A program made the position numbers and the translations under genes. Source: Opitutia bacterium (GTDB lineage Bacteria > Verrucomicrobiota > Verrucomicrobiia > Opitutales > Opitutaceae). From it: a stretch of 64,000 nucleotides of DNA. Under the pieces are notes generated by a model, which saw only the letters and a program-made list of their open reading frames with translations, did no database searches and was not told the origin of the DNA. Positions 48,433-58,375 of the stretch are shown piece by piece (position 1 is the stretch's first letter; each line of letters starts with the position of its first letter). Where the stretch lies: the NCBI GenBank assembly GCA_947478395.1, contig CANJVR010000003.1, positions 451,421 through 515,420 on the forward strand. Reading direction: 5' to 3'.

Positions 48433-49917
48433 CTATTTGATTCCGCCGTTGGGATTTTTCTGGGGCTCAACTTCGGTCGAGACGCCGGCGGCGGCCATGA
48501 TTTCGCGGAGGGCGGCGGCGGTTTGCGGGGAGCCGCGGAGGTTCATGCCGCGGTAAACCCCGGTCGCGATGCGCAGCGGGGTCCAGCCGTTTTGGTTGGG
48601 CCGGTTCCACACTTCGATCTTCGCCCCTTTGGACACGAGATAGGGTACGGAAGAAGTGGCCCACTTCAGGGCGGCGCCGTGCAGCGCGGTATTGCCGTTC
48701 TGGTCGACCGCGTTGACGTCGTTGCCGAGTTCCACGGCGAGTTTCACGGCCTCGAACACTTCCTCCTCCGTGCCGGGATCCTCGCCGGGGGATTGCACGT
48801 CGACGCCGGCCGCCGCCAAGAGCGGCGTGGTGCCGTCGGCGTTCGGGATCGATGGGTCGGCGCCGAGTTCCACGAGGAGCCGCATCAACTCGGCGTCGGC
48901 GGTGCGCGCGGCGAGCAGGAAGGGCGTGGCGCCTTTAAGATTGAGGGTCGTGCGCGGGCCGCCGCTGGCGGTCCGCCGGCGGTTCACGTCGGCGCCGTGC
49001 GCCACGAGGAACCGCACGAATTCGAGGTCGGACATTTTCCCGCTGCCCTCGGGGGCGGGGTCGTTGGAGCCTGCCCCCGGACGGCGGACCCAGGTGAGCA
49101 GGTGCAGCACGGTCCGGCCCGACCAAGTGTAGTTGGGATCTGCGCCGGCCCCGATTAGCCACGCGCCGAGTTCGTAGTGTGCGTTGGTCACGGCCAGCGA
49201 CAACGCGCTGGGGCCGCCGGGCTTGAGGCCGACGGAATCGTTGGCGCTCGCGCCGGCTTCGAGGAGCACCCGGGCGACATCGTGATGCCCCTGCCGCACC
49301 GCGAATAGAAAGGCGCTGAAGCCGCCCTTGGACTTGGCGCCGACTTCTGCGCCAGCGCGCAGCAACTCGGCCACGGCGTCGCGGTTGCCCTCGGCGGCGG
49401 CCCACATGAGCGCCGTCTGGTCTTGGGCCGGCTCGCGTGCGTTCGGCTCGGCGCCGCGGGCGAGGAGCAGTTTCACGGCGTCGGGTCGGCCGGTCTGCGC
49501 CGCGACCATCAGGGGAGTGCGGCCATCCGGGAGGGAGGCATTCACGCTGGCGCCGGCGTCCAGCAGGAGGGCGATGAGAGGGGCATGGCCCAACTCGCAG
49601 GCGGCGAAGAGCGGGGAGACGCCGTAGCGGTTGGTGGCCACCTTCGCGCCGGCCTGCACGAGGCGCTGCGCGGCCGCGAGGTCGCCGGACTCGGCGGCGA
49701 AATGCAGCGCCGTCTCGCCGGTGGGCGTGGCCGCGTTGGGGTTGGCGCCCGCGCCCAGAAGCGCGGTCAGTCGGGTCGCGTCGCCCGCGCGGGCGGCGGC
49801 GAGGAAGGCGGCATCGTCCGCGGCGACGGGCAGCGAGCCGGCGAGGAGGAGACACAGGCCGGCGGCGGCAAATTTCATACGCGCGTAAAATCTCATCATT
49901 CCGGCAGTCCGGCTCAC
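48433..49917 (-). CDS. Secreted ankyrin-repeat protein (DUF1552 operon partner)
   Basis: Repeated G.T(A/P)L..AA..G....V..LL..GA motifs; start overlaps the DUF1552 stop. Later ATG starts are possible. Confidence 0.9.
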   Translation of the reverse strand: MSRTAGMMRFYARMKFAAAGLCLLLAGSLPVAADDAAFLAAARAGDATRLTALLGAGANPNAATPTGETALHFAAESGDLAAAQRLVQAGAKVATNRYGVSPLFAACELGHAPLIALLLDAGASVNASLPDGRTPLMVAAQTGRPDAVKLLLARGAEPNAREPAQDQTALMWAAAEGNRDAVAELLRAGAEVGAKSKGGFSAFLFAVRQGHHDVARVLLEAGASANDSVGLKPGGPSALSLAVTNAHYELGAWLIGAGADPNYTWSGRTVLHLLTWVRRPGAGSNDPAPEGSGKMSDLEFVRFLVAHGADVNRRRTASGGPRTTLNLKGATPFLLAARTADAELMRLLVELGADPSIPNADGTTPLLAAAGVDVQSPGEDPGTEEEVFEAVKLAVELGNDVNAVDQNGNTALHGAALKWATSSVPYLVSKGAKIEVWNRPNQNGWTPLRIATGVYRGMNLRGSPQTAAALREIMAAAGVSTEVEPQKNPNGGIK

Positions 49918-51260
49918 AGCACCACCGGGGAGGAAATTTCCGAGAGCCGGCCGGTGCTGTCGGCGAACGCCTCGAGCGACACACCGACCTTGTCGAGCAT
50001 CGTCAGGTGCAGGTTGGCCAGCGGCGTCGGTTCGGCGTAGCGAATATGCCGCCCGCCGCGGTGCGTGCCGCCGCCCCCGCCAGCGACCACGATGGGCAGG
50101 TCGACGTGGTTGTGGATGTCCGGGTTTCCCATGCCGCTGCCGAAGAGGAGTAGCGAGTGGTCGAGGAGGTTGCCGGTGCCGTCCGGGGTCGCCTGCAGTT
50201 TCGCGAGGTAGTAGGCGAAGAGTGACACGTGAAACGCGTTGATCTTCTCGAGATTCGCGATCTTCGCGAGATTGCCGGCGTGATGGGAGGCGGCGTGGTG
50301 GCCCTCCGCGACGCCGATTTCGGGATAGGTACGGTTGCTCGTTTCGCGGGCGAGCTGGAAGGTCATGACCCGGGTGAGATCGCCCTGCATGGCGAGCACC
50401 TGCAGGTCGAACATGAGCCGGGCGTGGTCGGCGTAGGCGTCGGGCACCGTGCTCGGCCGGTCGATATCGGGCGCGGGTGCATCGGCGGCGCGATTCTCCG
50501 CCTGCTGGATCCGGCGCTCAACCTCGCGGATGGTGTCGAGGTATTCGGCGACCTTGTGGCGGTCGCCGGGGCCGACGCTGCGCTGGAGACGCGCGACATC
50601 GTCGAGCACCCAGTCGAGGATGCTGGCGTCCTTGCGCAACTCGGCCTGGCGCTCGGCGGCGCTGCCGCCGGTGCCGAAGAGGCGCTCAAAAACCACGCGC
50701 GGGTGCGCCTCGGCGGGAAGCGGGGCGGTGGGGGTCGCCCACGAAAGATTGTTCTGATAGACGCAGGCGTAGCCGTTGTCGCAGTTGCCGACGGCCGTGG
50801 TGAGGTCCATCGCCAGCTCGAGCGAGGGCAGCGGCGTCTCGCGGCCGATGCGGCGCGCCGCGATCTGGTCGACGGTGGTGGCGAGCTCGTAGTCGCTGCC
50901 CTCGGTCATCTTCGCGCGAGCGGCGCTGAGGAAAGCCGCGTTGGCGGTGGCGTGATTGCCGGCGGAATAGGCGTTCCTCAACTCGAGGTTGGACAGCACG
51001 CTGACCTGGTTGAGGTAGGGTGTCAGCGTCTGCAGCGTCGGGGGAAGCGTGGACAGCGGGCCGGTGGTCTCCGGGATCCACTTGCCGAGCTGGGCGCCCA
51101 TCGGAAGGTAGACGTAGCCGAGGCGCCGGACGGGTGCGGCCGCGGTCTTCGCCAGCGGCGTCATGGCGGGGAGCATCGATTCGAGCAGTGGGAGGGCGAG
51201 GGTGATGCCGGCGCCGCGCAGGAACGTGCGGCGACTCAGGGCCTTTTTCGTGATGATCAT
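49914..51260 (-). CDS. DUF1552 (HXXSHH) family Tat-exported protein
   Basis: LSRRTFLRGAG..LALPLLESM twin-arginine leader; TVDQIAA, CDNGYACVY, HHAASHH. Confidence 0.88.
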   Translation of the reverse strand: MIITKKALSRRTFLRGAGITLALPLLESMLPAMTPLAKTAAAPVRRLGYVYLPMGAQLGKWIPETTGPLSTLPPTLQTLTPYLNQVSVLSNLELRNAYSAGNHATANAAFLSAARAKMTEGSDYELATTVDQIAARRIGRETPLPSLELAMDLTTAVGNCDNGYACVYQNNLSWATPTAPLPAEAHPRVVFERLFGTGGSAAERQAELRKDASILDWVLDDVARLQRSVGPGDRHKVAEYLDTIREVERRIQQAENRAADAPAPDIDRPSTVPDAYADHARLMFDLQVLAMQGDLTRVMTFQLARETSNRTYPEIGVAEGHHAASHHAGNLAKIANLEKINAFHVSLFAYYLAKLQATPDGTGNLLDHSLLLFGSGMGNPDIHNHVDLPIVVAGGGGGTHRGGRHIRYAEPTPLANLHLTMLDKVGVSLEAFADSTGRLSEISSPVVL

Positions 51261-53653
51261 TTGGCTTCCTTCATTTGAAACGGGGCGCTGCGGACGAGGC
51301 CGAGCACGATGGCGGAAAGGCGGTAGTCCTCCGGGGCGGCGTCATGGACGATCTGCCGGACGGCGGGCTCATCGTAGTACTCCAAGCCGCGCCCGAGGGA
51401 ATAGACCAGCAGCTTTTCGGCGAGGGTGTGGACGAAGAGTTCCGGGCGTTTCAGGATCGCCTGCTGGAGTTCTGCCGGTGAGTGAAAGGCGGTGCCGTCC
51501 GGCAGGCTTCCGGTGGTGTCGAGGGGCTGGCCGCCCTCGGACGTGCGCCAGCGGCCCACGGCGTCGTAATTCTCGAGGGCGAAGCCGATCGGATCCATCA
51601 GGTTGTGGCAGGTGGCGCAGGCGGGCTGGCTGCGGTGGCGGGCCATCTGCTCGCGCATCGAGAGATTCTTGCCGGCCTCGTTCTTCTCCTTCAATTGCGG
51701 GACATCGGGCGGCGGCGGCTTCGGCGGCGTACCGAGGAGATTGGTCAGAATCCAGTTGCCGCGCACCACGGGGGAGGTCCGGTTCGCGTGCGAGGTGACG
51801 GTTAGGATGCTTCCGTGGTTGAGCAGTCCGCCGGCGCGGTCCTCGGGTCCCAGTTCGACGCGGCGGAACTCGCTGCCGTAGACGTGTGCGATGCCGTAGT
51901 GCTTCGCGAGGCGCTCGTTCAGAAACGTGAAGCGGGCGCGCAGCAGGTCGAGGACGCTGCGGTCCTCGCGCAGGATGCTGGTGCAGAACAGCTCGGTTTC
52001 GCGCCGCATGGCTGAGCGGAGGTTCTCGTCGAAATCCATGAACAGCCGAGCATCGGGCCGCGCGAGGTCGACGTTGCGGAGATAGAGCCATTGCGAGGCG
52101 AAGCTCTCCACGAGCGCCGAGGAACGGGGATCCTGCAGCATGCGCCGGGTTTGCGCGGCCAGCACCTCGGGGCGGCTCAGGGTTCCCTGGCTGGCGACAT
52201 CGAGCAACTCGTCGTCGGGGATGCTACTCCAGAGAAAGAACGACAGCCGCGAGGCGAGCTGCAGATCGGGCACGCGGAAGACCTTGCCTGCCGCGGTACC
52301 CGGCGGATCGGGCTCGATGCGGAAGAGGAAATTCGGGCTGACGAGAATGGCGCGCAGGGCCATCTCGATACCGGCCTCGAAGCCCTCCTTTGCCTTGGTC
52401 TCGGTGTAGAAGCGCAGCGGCCCGGCGAGGTCCTGCGCGGTGACTGGACGCCGGAACGCGCGCCGGGCGAGCGTGGCAATGACCTTTTGCGCGGTGGCGT
52501 CCTCCTGGGCGGGGCCGGTGGGAAAGGACGGGAAAATCCGGCGGCGGCTCGGCGTGTCGCCGGGGCCGGTGGCGTTGTACGGGCCGACGACGGAGATGGA
52601 GTAGATCGCCGGCTGCAGGCGCGGATGGCGGTCCATGTTGAAATGGGCGAGCGTCGGCTCGCGCTCGGATTCGCCGAGGACGGTCGAAGTGCGGGGGAAG
52701 GTGGCGCTTACCTCGTGGGGGCCGGCCTTGACCGGCACGCGGATGGAAAGGTGGAGGTCGACATTCTGGTAGGTCGCGCCGCGGCCGGGCGCGGCGACCT
52801 GGAAGCGCGTGACCGGGGCGCCGTCGACCAGCAGGTCGATGTCGCTGGTGCCGCGGAGGAGGCCCTCGACCTTGTCGTTGCGATCGCGGGCGAGGCGAAG
52901 TTGCACCTCGTATTCGCCGTCGCGCGGGAAATTGAAACGGGTGGAAGCGCCGCCCCGTGTTCCCGGCGGCAGGTCGGCGAACTCTCCCTCCTGCGTCAGG
53001 TCAATCGGAACCTGCATCGTCTCGCCCTGCGGCGCCGACAGCGGCCGGCCCAGCGCGATCTGGCCGATTTTTTTGGCGGCACCGAGGTAACGCTCGAGGA
53101 GGCTCGGCGAGAGTTCGCCAACGGTGATGTTGTCGAAGCCGTGGCTGCTGTCGTCCTTGGGCAGCAGGGCGGAGGCGTCGATCTCGAGGTCGAGCAGGTC
53201 GCGGATCGCGTTGTGATACTCGGTGCGCGTCAGCCGCCGGAATGTGTCGACGTGGCCTGGGTTCGGCTGGGCGGCGGCCGCGCGATCGATCGAGGACTGA
53301 AGATGGGTGACGACGGCCTCGTAGGACGCCTCATCCGGGCGCGTCTCGCCGATGGGCGGCATCTGGCGGTGGCGGAGTTTCAGGAGCACACGCTCCCATG
53401 CCTCGGGATTGGCGGCGGGATTGCGGGCGTTGAGGCCCTCGAGCGACAGGCCCCCCTTCTTGGTGGCGGCGTCATGGCAGTCCATGCAGTAGTCCTGAAT
53501 GACCGTTGCGGTTCGGTTCGGGAGGTCGGCGGCGGCGGCGCGGGCCAGGCTGAAAGCCCCGAGCAATCCAGCGGCGCCACCGAGCGAGCGGAGGAGGCGC
53601 GAGGCGGAAGATCGATGGATCAGCCGGGAGGGAGTGAACACAGGAGAGGGCAA
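51257..53653 (-). CDS. DUF1592/1588/1587/1595/1585 (PSD) protein with cytochrome c motifs
   Basis: CMDCH and CATCH heme motifs; RRLTRTEY, LASRLSFFLWSSIPD, TSPVVRG, DPIGFALENYDAVGRWR. Confidence 0.9.
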   Translation of the reverse strand: MPSPVFTPSRLIHRSSASRLLRSLGGAAGLLGAFSLARAAAADLPNRTATVIQDYCMDCHDAATKKGGLSLEGLNARNPAANPEAWERVLLKLRHRQMPPIGETRPDEASYEAVVTHLQSSIDRAAAAQPNPGHVDTFRRLTRTEYHNAIRDLLDLEIDASALLPKDDSSHGFDNITVGELSPSLLERYLGAAKKIGQIALGRPLSAPQGETMQVPIDLTQEGEFADLPPGTRGGASTRFNFPRDGEYEVQLRLARDRNDKVEGLLRGTSDIDLLVDGAPVTRFQVAAPGRGATYQNVDLHLSIRVPVKAGPHEVSATFPRTSTVLGESEREPTLAHFNMDRHPRLQPAIYSISVVGPYNATGPGDTPSRRRIFPSFPTGPAQEDATAQKVIATLARRAFRRPVTAQDLAGPLRFYTETKAKEGFEAGIEMALRAILVSPNFLFRIEPDPPGTAAGKVFRVPDLQLASRLSFFLWSSIPDDELLDVASQGTLSRPEVLAAQTRRMLQDPRSSALVESFASQWLYLRNVDLARPDARLFMDFDENLRSAMRRETELFCTSILREDRSVLDLLRARFTFLNERLAKHYGIAHVYGSEFRRVELGPEDRAGGLLNHGSILTVTSHANRTSPVVRGNWILTNLLGTPPKPPPPDVPQLKEKNEAGKNLSMREQMARHRSQPACATCHNLMDPIGFALENYDAVGRWRTSEGGQPLDTTGSLPDGTAFHSPAELQQAILKRPELFVHTLAEKLLVYSLGRGLEYYDEPAVRQIVHDAAPEDYRLSAIVLGLVRSAPFQMKEAK

Positions 53654-53796
53654 GGGAGCGCGGGGGAAAGGCGGCCTCGGGGAGAAGGCGTAAAAACGAG
53701 GATGAGGTTGCCGCCGAAGCGGGAGGCAATGCGAGGGAAAATGTCGGCAGTGCGGAATATCTCACGCGCAGCTGCGAAGGATGCAAAGGATGCAGG

Positions 53797-53982
53797 TTTG
53801 GGGTTCGAACCCGGATTATGAAGTTATGGAAATCGAGGTGAGTTGAGTAACGGCATCACGTTCAGCGCTCAAAGCGTTGGGCGTTTTGCCAGTGTGGGCG
53901 GGAATGTAACGGGAAATTTTTTAGGCGATACTCGCCGAGCAAATCCCGCGAACACGGGGATGTTCTGCGGAGTGGGGCAGTG
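53797..53982 (-). mobile_element. att-like junction copy C: eroded core plus long right arm
   Basis: GGGTTCGAACCCGGATTATG...GAGTAACGGCATCACGTTCAGCG...GGCGTTTTGCCAGTG...GATACTC...AAATCCC..GAACACGGGGAT.TTC...GGGGCAGTG aligns with 63578-63793. Confidence 0.75.
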
Positions 53983-54159
53983 AGGTACTGGGAAAACGTG
54001 GGGGCCGGATGGCCGGAGTCTGAACCGAAGGTGACGCGTTGCCTCCGCCCTGAGGTGCTCCCGCGTCTTCGCGCGCAACGAAAACAAGGCGCGTCATTCA
54101 CCCACCGCGCGCCTCAAGAAGGATCGCCTGCGTGCTGAAACTTCTGAACGCTTCGCCCG

Positions 54160-55386
54160 ATGAATCTCCTGCCCCCACGGCTTTCGGTCCTCCTTTCCCT
54201 GCTCGCCTTCGTTTCGCCGTGCTTGTGGGCCGCGGAGCCGGTGGGCAAAGCCGCCGCTGCCGCCGACCCGGATTGGGCGGCGTTTCAACAGGCGATGCAG
54301 CCCCCGCCTTCCTCCAAGGACGCGGATTTTTCGGGGCGCATTCGCTGGGGCATGATGTTCGTCCAAGGCGTTCTCGCGACCGGCCAGAATTTTTACGACC
54401 GGCACCCCACTGACCCCCGCCGGTGGGACTGCGTGATGCAGATGGTGAAACAATTCGGCAGCTGGACCGGCGGCATCAACGGCCGCGAGGACGGCAAAGA
54501 AGCCGCCAACGCCGTGTTCAACGAGGCGGCGCGGGCGCAGTGGGCGATCAAGCTGGAAGCGCTGCGTGTCGCGGGAGTATCAGCGCCGGACATTTCCGAA
54601 ACCAACCGGCTCATTCTCGAACAGGAAACCTTGGTCGGTTTACGCAGCGTCGCGGCCAAGGCCGCCCCGACCGAGCGCGTCGCCGCGCTGGCCGCGGTCA
54701 AGGCCGAGGTGGACCGCCTCGCGGCCAAATATCCCGATGAGCCGCTCATGGGCTCCCTCGCCAGCGGCTACATCAAGTCGATGGAACGCGCCGGCGCCAC
54801 CCGCGAAGAAATCCAGGCGCAGTGGGCCGCGTTCGCCGCCTATCCGGGAACGGCGCTGGCCGACGCGGCGCCCGCGGGCGCCCGGGACGCGGCGGCGCGA
54901 CAGCAGCTCGGTGACCGGGCAAAGTTGCCCATCGAGCTCGCATTCACCGCGGTCGACGGCCGCAAGGTCGACCTCCGGGACCTGCGAGGAAAGGTCGTCC
55001 TCGTGGAGTTCTGGGCCACCTGGTGCGCCCCTTGCAAAGAGGAGATTCCTAACATCAAAAAAATCTACGCCGCCTACCACGGGAAGGGCTTCGAGGTCGT
55101 GGGCATCACGCTCGAGAACGCCGGGCTCGCCGACGCCGACACCCCGGCTGAGCGGGAGAAAAAGCTGGCGAAGGCGCGTCAGACGCTCGGCGACTTCACC
55201 GCAAAACAAGCGATGCCGTGGCCGCAGTATTTTGACGGCAAGTATCGGCAGAACACGATCGCAGTCGACTATCTCATCAACGCCATCCCGGCCATGTTTC
55301 TGATCGGCAAAGATGGCCGCATCATCACGACCTACGCGCGCGGTCCCCAGCTGGAGGCGGCCGTCACCGCCGCGTTGGGACTGTGA
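54160..55386 (+). CDS. Secreted TlpA-family thiol-disulfide oxidoreductase
   Basis: Signal peptide; GKVVLVEFWATWCAPCKEE, MPWPQYFDG, IPAMFLIGKDG. Confidence 0.88.
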   Translation: MNLLPPRLSVLLSLLAFVSPCLWAAEPVGKAAAAADPDWAAFQQAMQPPPSSKDADFSGRIRWGMMFVQGVLATGQNFYDRHPTDPRRWDCVMQMVKQFGSWTGGINGREDGKEAANAVFNEAARAQWAIKLEALRVAGVSAPDISETNRLILEQETLVGLRSVAAKAAPTERVAALAAVKAEVDRLAAKYPDEPLMGSLASGYIKSMERAGATREEIQAQWAAFAAYPGTALADAAPAGARDAAARQQLGDRAKLPIELAFTAVDGRKVDLRDLRGKVVLVEFWATWCAPCKEEIPNIKKIYAAYHGKGFEVVGITLENAGLADADTPAEREKKLAKARQTLGDFTAKQAMPWPQYFDGKYRQNTIAVDYLINAIPAMFLIGKDGRIITTYARGPQLEAAVTAALGL

Positions 55387-55392
55387 CACCCC

Positions 55393-55475
55393 GCGAACCC
55401 GCCCGCTAACTCATCGCCGGTCGCCCGCCGGGCGCGCTGGGGCCTGAAAATGGCGCGGGTGGTGGGAGTTGAGCC
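55393..55475 (-). mobile_element. att-like junction copy E: internally deleted left arm plus diverged core
   Basis: CCCGCCCGC...GTCGCCCGCCGGG...TGGGGCCTGAAAATGGCGCGGGTGGTGGGAGTTGAGCC. Confidence 0.7.
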
Positions 55476-55554
55476 GAACTTTCCCGTCATCTTGAGAACC
55501 GCGAATTGCTGTAATTTTTAATCTGATACTTTTTGATGCGACTCATGCGGTCGG

Positions 55555-55649
55555 AGGGGTCAGTTTGTACCGTGTTCCCGGATAGCGAATCTCTGAAAGA
55601 AAGATCGTGGGTCTCGGCCGCTGGGCGAACACGGTACAACCCGACCCTT
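55555..55649. repeat. ~95-bp element with ~23-bp terminal inverted repeats (MITE-like)
   Basis: AGGGGTCAGTTTGTACCGTGTTC ... GAACACGGTACAACCCGACCCTT, with a 13-bp perfect inner core. Confidence 0.6.
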
Positions 55650-55752
55650 TTCAGAGCTCCGCGTGCTTCCGTCCGCGGCTGCACGCGGTTACGAGTTCGG
55701 GCGTGACCTTGTCCGGCCCGACGTTTTTTATATGCGGCGCAATGCTCCCGGT

Positions 55753-56793
55753 ATGAAACATCCCATTGGCGGTCCGCGTATTTGGCGTCGTCTGGTGACC
55801 CGCTGGTGGCAACCCGCCGCTCGCATGCAACGGGAATGGGAGGCCCGCGCCCGCCTCGACGCCAAAGGCTACATCGGCCGCGGCTACGCCGCCTCCGACG
55901 CCTTGTTTTGGGCCTCCGGCGAAAACGATCTCACTCAGGTGGTCCTGCGCGACATCGAACTCGACCCGGCCGCCGCCGTGCTGGAAATCGGCTGTGGCGT
56001 CGGCCGTTTGCTGCGGCCGTTCGCGACCCGGGCGCGCGTGGTCTGGGGTGTCGACATCGCGCCGACGATGATTGAGCAGGGCCGGTTCCATCTCGCGGGC
56101 GCGCCCAACGTGAATCTGCACGTCACGACCGGCCGACTCGAAATGATCGCGAGCGGCTCGCTCGATTTTGCCTACTCGTTCATCGTCTTCCAGCACATCC
56201 CGTCCAAAGCCGCTATTTCGACTTACCTCGCCGAGGCGGCGAGGACCCTCAAGCGCGGCGGCATCTTCAAGTTTCAGGTCGACGGCCGCCGCCGCGCGTT
56301 TTGGCGCGGCACCGACAGCTGGTTGGGCGTCTGGTATACGGCCGGGGAAATCCGAGCGGCCCTGGCGAACAAAGGCTTCGCGGTGCTTGATACGTGGGGC
56401 GAAGGCACGCAATATTTCTGGATCACCGCGGTCCGGCTCGGTGCCGCCTCGGAGCCCGCGGCCCTCGTAAATTCCCGCATCCGGGAACTCAATCCCGCCG
56501 CCGTCGCCGCGGTCTTGCGGCGTCTGGGACACACCGCCCCTGCCGCCGCCGTCGCCGGGATTCTCGACGGTCGCTGCACGATTCGCCACCAAGCCCGCGG
56601 CTTCCTGCGCGCCACGCAAGCCGTGCCGCCGGAGGGTTTCGTGCGCCGCGCCTTCCTTGCCGTGCTCGATCGCGAACCCGACCCGGATGGACTTTCCTTC
56701 TACGTCGCCCAGCTCGCCGGCGGCGCCTCCCGCGACTACCTGCTGGATTGCCTGCTGGCCTCGTTCGAATTTCGCGCCGCCATCAGCAACTGA
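55753..56793 (+). CDS. Class I SAM-dependent methyltransferase with C-terminal DUF4214-like domain
   Basis: VLEIGCGVGR, GVDIAPTM, SFIVFQHIP, RTLKRGG; C-terminal FVRRAFLAVLDREPDPDGLSFY...LLASFEF. Confidence 0.82.
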   Translation: MKHPIGGPRIWRRLVTRWWQPAARMQREWEARARLDAKGYIGRGYAASDALFWASGENDLTQVVLRDIELDPAAAVLEIGCGVGRLLRPFATRARVVWGVDIAPTMIEQGRFHLAGAPNVNLHVTTGRLEMIASGSLDFAYSFIVFQHIPSKAAISTYLAEAARTLKRGGIFKFQVDGRRRAFWRGTDSWLGVWYTAGEIRAALANKGFAVLDTWGEGTQYFWITAVRLGAASEPAALVNSRIRELNPAAVAAVLRRLGHTAPAAAVAGILDGRCTIRHQARGFLRATQAVPPEGFVRRAFLAVLDREPDPDGLSFYVAQLAGGASRDYLLDCLLASFEFRAAISN

Positions 56794-56891
56794 CCGACGC
56801 CGGCCCCGCCCCGGTACTTGACCGCGTGTTTCCGGCCCTAGCCGCCGCGCGCCGGTGTATTTTCACCCCCGCCTCCTCTCCGCCGCGTCCG

Positions 56892-56945
56892 CGCGACTCG
56901 CCCGCGAGCTCATCGCCGGGCGCCCGCCGGTCGTGCTGGGGCGAG
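56892..56945 (-). mobile_element. att-like junction copy F: left-arm remnant only
   Basis: GCGACTCGCCCGCGAGCTCATCGCCGGGCGCCCGCCGGTCGTGCTGGGGC resembles copy E (55393-55445); core lost. Confidence 0.5.
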
Positions 56946-57134
56946 AGATAGCCGAGCGAGTTGGGCGGGCGCGTGGCGATAAAACGCCGCAGTAGCCACG
57001 ATTATCCGGGCGAATAGATTGCTAATGAAAACGGCGTCACGCATCCGCGCCCGAGCACTCGCCCGTTACACGAATGACCGGCGCCATCTTGGTGTCCGGC
57101 TTCTAACGTTAATCCTAATCCTAAAATCGTTCCC

Positions 57135-57602
57135 ATGAAGCTTCGCGCACTCTTCACCATCATTGCTCTGAGCACCGGCCTGGCCTCGCTGGCGCCCGCC
57201 AAGACCATCGTCGAAATCGCCGCCGGTTCACCTGATCACACCACGCTCGTGGCTGCCATCAAGGCTGCGGGCCTCGTTGAAACCTTGAGCGGAGCCGGCC
57301 CTTTCACGGTTTTCGCGCCGACCAACGCCGCTTTCGCCAAGCTGCCCGCCGGCACGGTGGAATCGCTTTTGCTGCCTGAAAACAAAGCCAAGCTCGTCGC
57401 GGTTCTCACCTACCACGTCGTTCCGGCCAAGGTCATGGCCGCCGAGGTCAAGTCGGGCCAGGTGCCCACGGTCAACGGCAAGGCCCTGACGGTAAAAGCG
57501 GACGCCACGGGCGTGACGGTCAACAACGCCAAGGTCGTCGCCACCGATCTGGTCGGCAGTAACGGAGTGATCCACGCCGTCGACACCGTGATCCTCCCGT
57601 AA
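57135..57602 (+). CDS. Secreted fasciclin (FAS1) domain protein
   Basis: TLVAAIKAAGLVETL.G.GPFTVFAPTNAAFAKLP, LTYHVV, NGVIHAVDTVILP. Confidence 0.95.
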   Translation: MKLRALFTIIALSTGLASLAPAKTIVEIAAGSPDHTTLVAAIKAAGLVETLSGAGPFTVFAPTNAAFAKLPAGTVESLLLPENKAKLVAVLTYHVVPAKVMAAEVKSGQVPTVNGKALTVKADATGVTVNNAKVVATDLVGSNGVIHAVDTVILP

Positions 57603-57745
57603 CTGGCGGGTGCGCGGTTCCATTTAGCAATTTCCAACTCTTCGCCCGGGGCAGTGGGGTGGTTCGACGGCCTAGCCGTAGGATTACGTTGCTGCCCCGG
57701 TTTTATTTTTTAGAAGAACTCGTTGCCGCTCCACTTTCATTCCCC

Positions 57746-58291
57746 ATGAAACGTCTTCTGCTCCTGATCGCCTTAGTTTCCCCCACCATGGCCACTGAAC
57801 AAGCGTTTCCACCTTCACCGACTGGTGTTGCGGAGTTGAAGACACTACCCGCCGGCTTGCTCCTCAAAGCATCTGCGACGGGAAACTACTTCGAACAGTC
57901 GAACCGGCTCTTCGGCCCGCTGTTCAGCTATATTTCCTCGCACGAGATTGCCATGACGACACCGGTGGAGGCGAAGATCGAGGGCGCGGCGATGTTTTTT
58001 TGGGTGGCAAAGAGCCAGCAGGCGAAGGTAGCCGGGAGCACGGGCGCGGTCGAAGTGATCGAGATACCGGAGCGATGGGTGGCCAGTCTGGGCGCCCGCG
58101 GCAGTTATTCGGCGCAAAATTTCTCGAAAACGCGCGAGCAACTTCTGGCCTGGCTGAGTCAGCGGAAGGACGTCGAAGCGGCGGGCTCGCCCTACGCGGT
58201 TTTCTGGAACGGGCCGTTCACGCCCGGATTTCTGAAGCGTTATGAGGTGCACGTCCCCGTGCGGTCGGTGGGCCAAGCCCAGACTCGATAG
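57746..58291 (+). CDS. SOUL heme-binding family protein
   Basis: F..LFSYI, IAMTTPV, MFF, WNGPFTPGFLKRYEV; signal peptide. Confidence 0.8.
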   Translation: MKRLLLLIALVSPTMATEQAFPPSPTGVAELKTLPAGLLLKASATGNYFEQSNRLFGPLFSYISSHEIAMTTPVEAKIEGAAMFFWVAKSQQAKVAGSTGAVEVIEIPERWVASLGARGSYSAQNFSKTREQLLAWLSQRKDVEAAGSPYAVFWNGPFTPGFLKRYEVHVPVRSVGQAQTR

Positions 58292-58324
58292 GCGTCCGCC
58301 ATGTTCAATCGCGCGGAACACGTC

Positions 58325-58359
58325 CGCGACCCGCGCGCGCCCAGCGGGTCGCGCCCTAC
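58325..58359 (-). repeat. GTAG-type REP-like element between convergent genes
   Basis: Minus strand GTAGGGCGCGACCCGCTGGGCGCGCGCGGGTCGCG, with a CGCGACCCGC/GCGGGTCGCG stem. Confidence 0.55.
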
Positions 58360-58375
58360 CTTGTGGTGAGATGCC

